Source of the DNA: Candidatus Micrarchaeota archaeon
Lineage (GTDB): Archaea; Micrarchaeota; Micrarchaeia; Anstonellales; Bilamarchaeaceae
Length of the DNA: 16,332 nucleotides
NCBI GenBank assembly: GCA_032123335.1
Contig: JAQBFN010000031.1
Location: forward strand, 1 to 16,332
Direction: 5' to 3'
Shown: in pieces, positions 14,277 to 16,332 of the stretch
How positions within the stretch are numbered: the first letter of the stretch is position 1
Layout: every line of letters begins with the position of its first letter
The notes under the pieces: generated by a model
Databases searched by the model: none
What the model was told of the DNA's origin: nothing
What the model saw: the letters and a program-made list of their open reading frames with translations, nothing else
Made by a program: the position numbers and the translations under genes

Positions 14277-15658
14277 CTGTTCACGCTCGGACTCCTCAGC
14301 CAGTCAAGGTCGTTTTTGTAAAACGTCCTTATATCTTTTAAGCCTTCCATAAGCATCATCGGCCTCTCCAGGCTCAGGCCCCACGCCAGCACAGGATACA
14401 CGTCGCAGAGCGGCTTTGTCATCTCCGGCCTGAACACCCCCGCACCCCCCAATTCCATCCACTCTTTCCTTTCCTCAAAAAACACTTCCACTTCCACACT
14501 CGGTTCCGTGTAAGGGAAGTAGCTCGGCCTGAACCGTATCTTCTCAAACCCGAATCTCAGGTAAAATTCTTTCAGCAACCCCAACAGGTCCCTGAATGTT
14601 GCACCCTCCCACGCAACTATCCCTTCAACCTGGTGGAATTCTGCAAGATGCTTGAAATCAGTAGCCTCATTCCTGAATACCCTCCCCACTGCGAAATACT
14701 TTTTCGCTTCCTTCCCCTTCAGCTTATGCAGGTACTGCGCGCTCAGCACAGTAGTATGGGTCCTCAATATCCTCTTCTTTGCTTCCTCCGGATCCCACGT
14801 GTATTTCCATCCCTTTTCATGGCTCTCCTTCACTCTTTCCACAAGAGCTTTTTCCGGAAGCTTCTCTTCCCCCTCCAGGTAGAACGTGTCCGCAAGCTCC
14901 CTTGCAGGGTGGTCCTGCGGCTGGAAAAGCGCATCGAAATTCCAGAACGCGCTCTCCACCATATTCCCTTCCATTTCCTCAAAGCCCATGTCCCTGAACA
15001 CGCGCTTAACCTTCCTCACCATCTTAGTCATCGGGTGCACTTTCCCCAGGGGTGCATCCTTTGTAGGCGCAAGCGCATAGGGCCTGAACTCCGCCCCTTT
15101 CCACGCCCCGCTTACAATAATATCTTCAGTAAGCTCCCCAATTTCCTCCCTGATTTCCCCAATTCCCTTTGCCTCTTTCTTCCCCTTTTCCGTAAGCTCA
15201 ACAACAAACTCCTTCCCAACCTCTTCCCTGACAAGCTTCCTTTTGAGCAGAACCTCCAAATCCTCCTTTGAAGCATTCTCCGGGTTCTCCGCAGCCTTCA
15301 CAAGCGAATACTCGCCCGCATCCTCCAGCTTCTTTATCTTCCCCCCATCAATCGTTATCCATCCATTCTTTTTTGCCCAGATGAGCCCGATTCTTTCCTC
15401 AGGCCCAAATTTTGCAACCTCTGCCCCGTCCTTCTCCAAAATCTTAATTTCAGGAAAACCTCCCTTTAGATATTTCCCGCACTCTTCACTCCTCACGAAT
15501 GTTTTGCTTTCCTTTTCAGACACTTTTGCAAGCCCCTTTTCCTGGAGCCAGAACGCAGCCCTTCTCGCAGAATCCGCATTCATCTTAATCTCCTCAATCC
15601 CTGCCCCTCCTTTTTCAAGCTCCTTAAGCAGAACTTTCTCGTGCCTGTGCAGTATCAT
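14273..15658 (-). CDS. pheS: Phenylalanine--tRNA ligase alpha subunit (archaeal type)
   Basis: FWNFDALFQPQDHPARELADTFY, LRTHTT, FRNEATDFKHLAEFHQVEG, YFPYTEPS and AWGLSLER motifs. SD GGTGA at 15663-15667. Confidence 0.98.
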   Translation of the reverse strand: MILHRHEKVLLKELEKGGAGIEEIKMNADSARRAAFWLQEKGLAKVSEKESKTFVRSEECGKYLKGGFPEIKILEKDGAEVAKFGPEERIGLIWAKKNGWITIDGGKIKKLEDAGEYSLVKAAENPENASKEDLEVLLKRKLVREEVGKEFVVELTEKGKKEAKGIGEIREEIGELTEDIIVSGAWKGAEFRPYALAPTKDAPLGKVHPMTKMVRKVKRVFRDMGFEEMEGNMVESAFWNFDALFQPQDHPARELADTFYLEGEEKLPEKALVERVKESHEKGWKYTWDPEEAKKRILRTHTTVLSAQYLHKLKGKEAKKYFAVGRVFRNEATDFKHLAEFHQVEGIVAWEGATFRDLLGLLKEFYLRFGFEKIRFRPSYFPYTEPSVEVEVFFEERKEWMELGGAGVFRPEMTKPLCDVYPVLAWGLSLERPMMLMEGLKDIRTFYKNDLDWLRSPSVNR

Positions 15659-16332
15659 TTCTTCACCTTTTTCACTTTGCCCTGCAGGTGCAAGTATCCC
15701 CCAAGTATGATTACAATAAGAATTATCAGCGCAGGCCCCTCAGGCCCTGAAACCAGCTCGTTCATCCCTTCCCGTGCATCCAGGAAAAACTGGAGCACTT
15801 CCGCATCCAGGCTTTCCTCCCTCTCAAAAACAATATTGAACCTTGCAAGCACAGTATTCTCCCAGCTCAGCTCCTTGAGATCCCGTATCTCGCCTTTGGT
15901 TACCCCCTCAGGAAGCGGCGCCACCTCTATAAGCGTGGTCATCTCCGAAAGCACAAAAGTGAGCCTCTCATTCTTCCCCAGGATTACGTCCCCCAGGTCA
16001 CTTTCCTCAAAGCTCAGCGCCCCACTATTCAGGGAATACCTTGTCGTCCTTGGCTTGTACTCATCCGCCAGGAAAAGCCCAGAGTTATTTACTGCGTTCC
16101 CATCCTTGCTCCTGTATGCATCCACCCTGTAGCTTATTTTCAGCTCCCCGTGGCAAAGGTCTGCAAGAGGGTTGCACCTTGAAACCGGCTGCGGCCTCAC
16201 CACTACATTCTGCACATCCACAACCCGGTTGTCCACATGGTACCTCACGTCACTCAGCCCTGTAAGCGAGCCCCAGCTCGCCAGGTCATTCTGCGCCAGC
16301 CCGTTCGTATATACAGAAATATGGTAATCCGT
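15655..16332 (-). CDS. Hypothetical protein with C-terminal TM anchor (5' truncated by window edge)
   Basis: The frame stays open upstream of the track's GTG 16248 to the window end (TDYHISVYTNGLAQNDLASWGSLTGLSDVRYH...). C-terminal ALIILIVIILGGYL plus KVKKVKK. Stop overlaps the pheS ATG (ATGA). Confidence 0.85.
   Translation of the reverse strand, partial: TDYHISVYTNGLAQNDLASWGSLTGLSDVRYHVDNRVVDVQNVVVRPQPVSRCNPLADLCHGELKISYRVDAYRSKDGNAVNNSGLFLADEYKPRTTRYSLNSGALSFEESDLGDVILGKNERLTFVLSEMTTLIEVAPLPEGVTKGEIRDLKELSWENTVLARFNIVFEREESLDAEVLQFFLDAREGMNELVSGPEGPALIILIVIILGGYLHLQGKVKKVKK

Noticed and set aside
12813..15271. Several 190-240 aa plus-strand ORFs
   Set aside because: Antisense to well-supported, translationally coupled minus-strand genes, with no recognisable motifs.

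Overview
Archaeal chromosomal window; the gene content and style suggest a DPANN/Micrarchaeota-like organism, but this is inference and no search was run. The centre holds the conserved minus-strand translation operon rps19e-pdcd5-rpl39e-rpl31e-eif6-rpl18a-pfdA-ftsY, extended here by a Fcf1/Utp24-type PIN nuclease and a small membrane protein, and converging on a DUF357-rsmA pair. The right end has pheS translationally coupled (ATGA overlaps) to three uncharacterised membrane/cell-surface genes. The left end has a partial DUF4352-like gene, an intron-containing tRNA-Arg(TCG) followed 2 nt later by the ATG of a HEPN-like (RxxxxH) gene, and an orphan ~1330-aa single-pass membrane protein. rpl18a, rpl39e and the DUF4352-like gene are absent from the ORF track and were translated by hand. 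Most notable: the tRNA-HEPN junction, and a collinear 27/32-aa identical Lys/Glu/Pro block shared by the eL31 C-terminal tail and the FtsY N-terminal region. No CRISPR array, transposase or integrase was seen.
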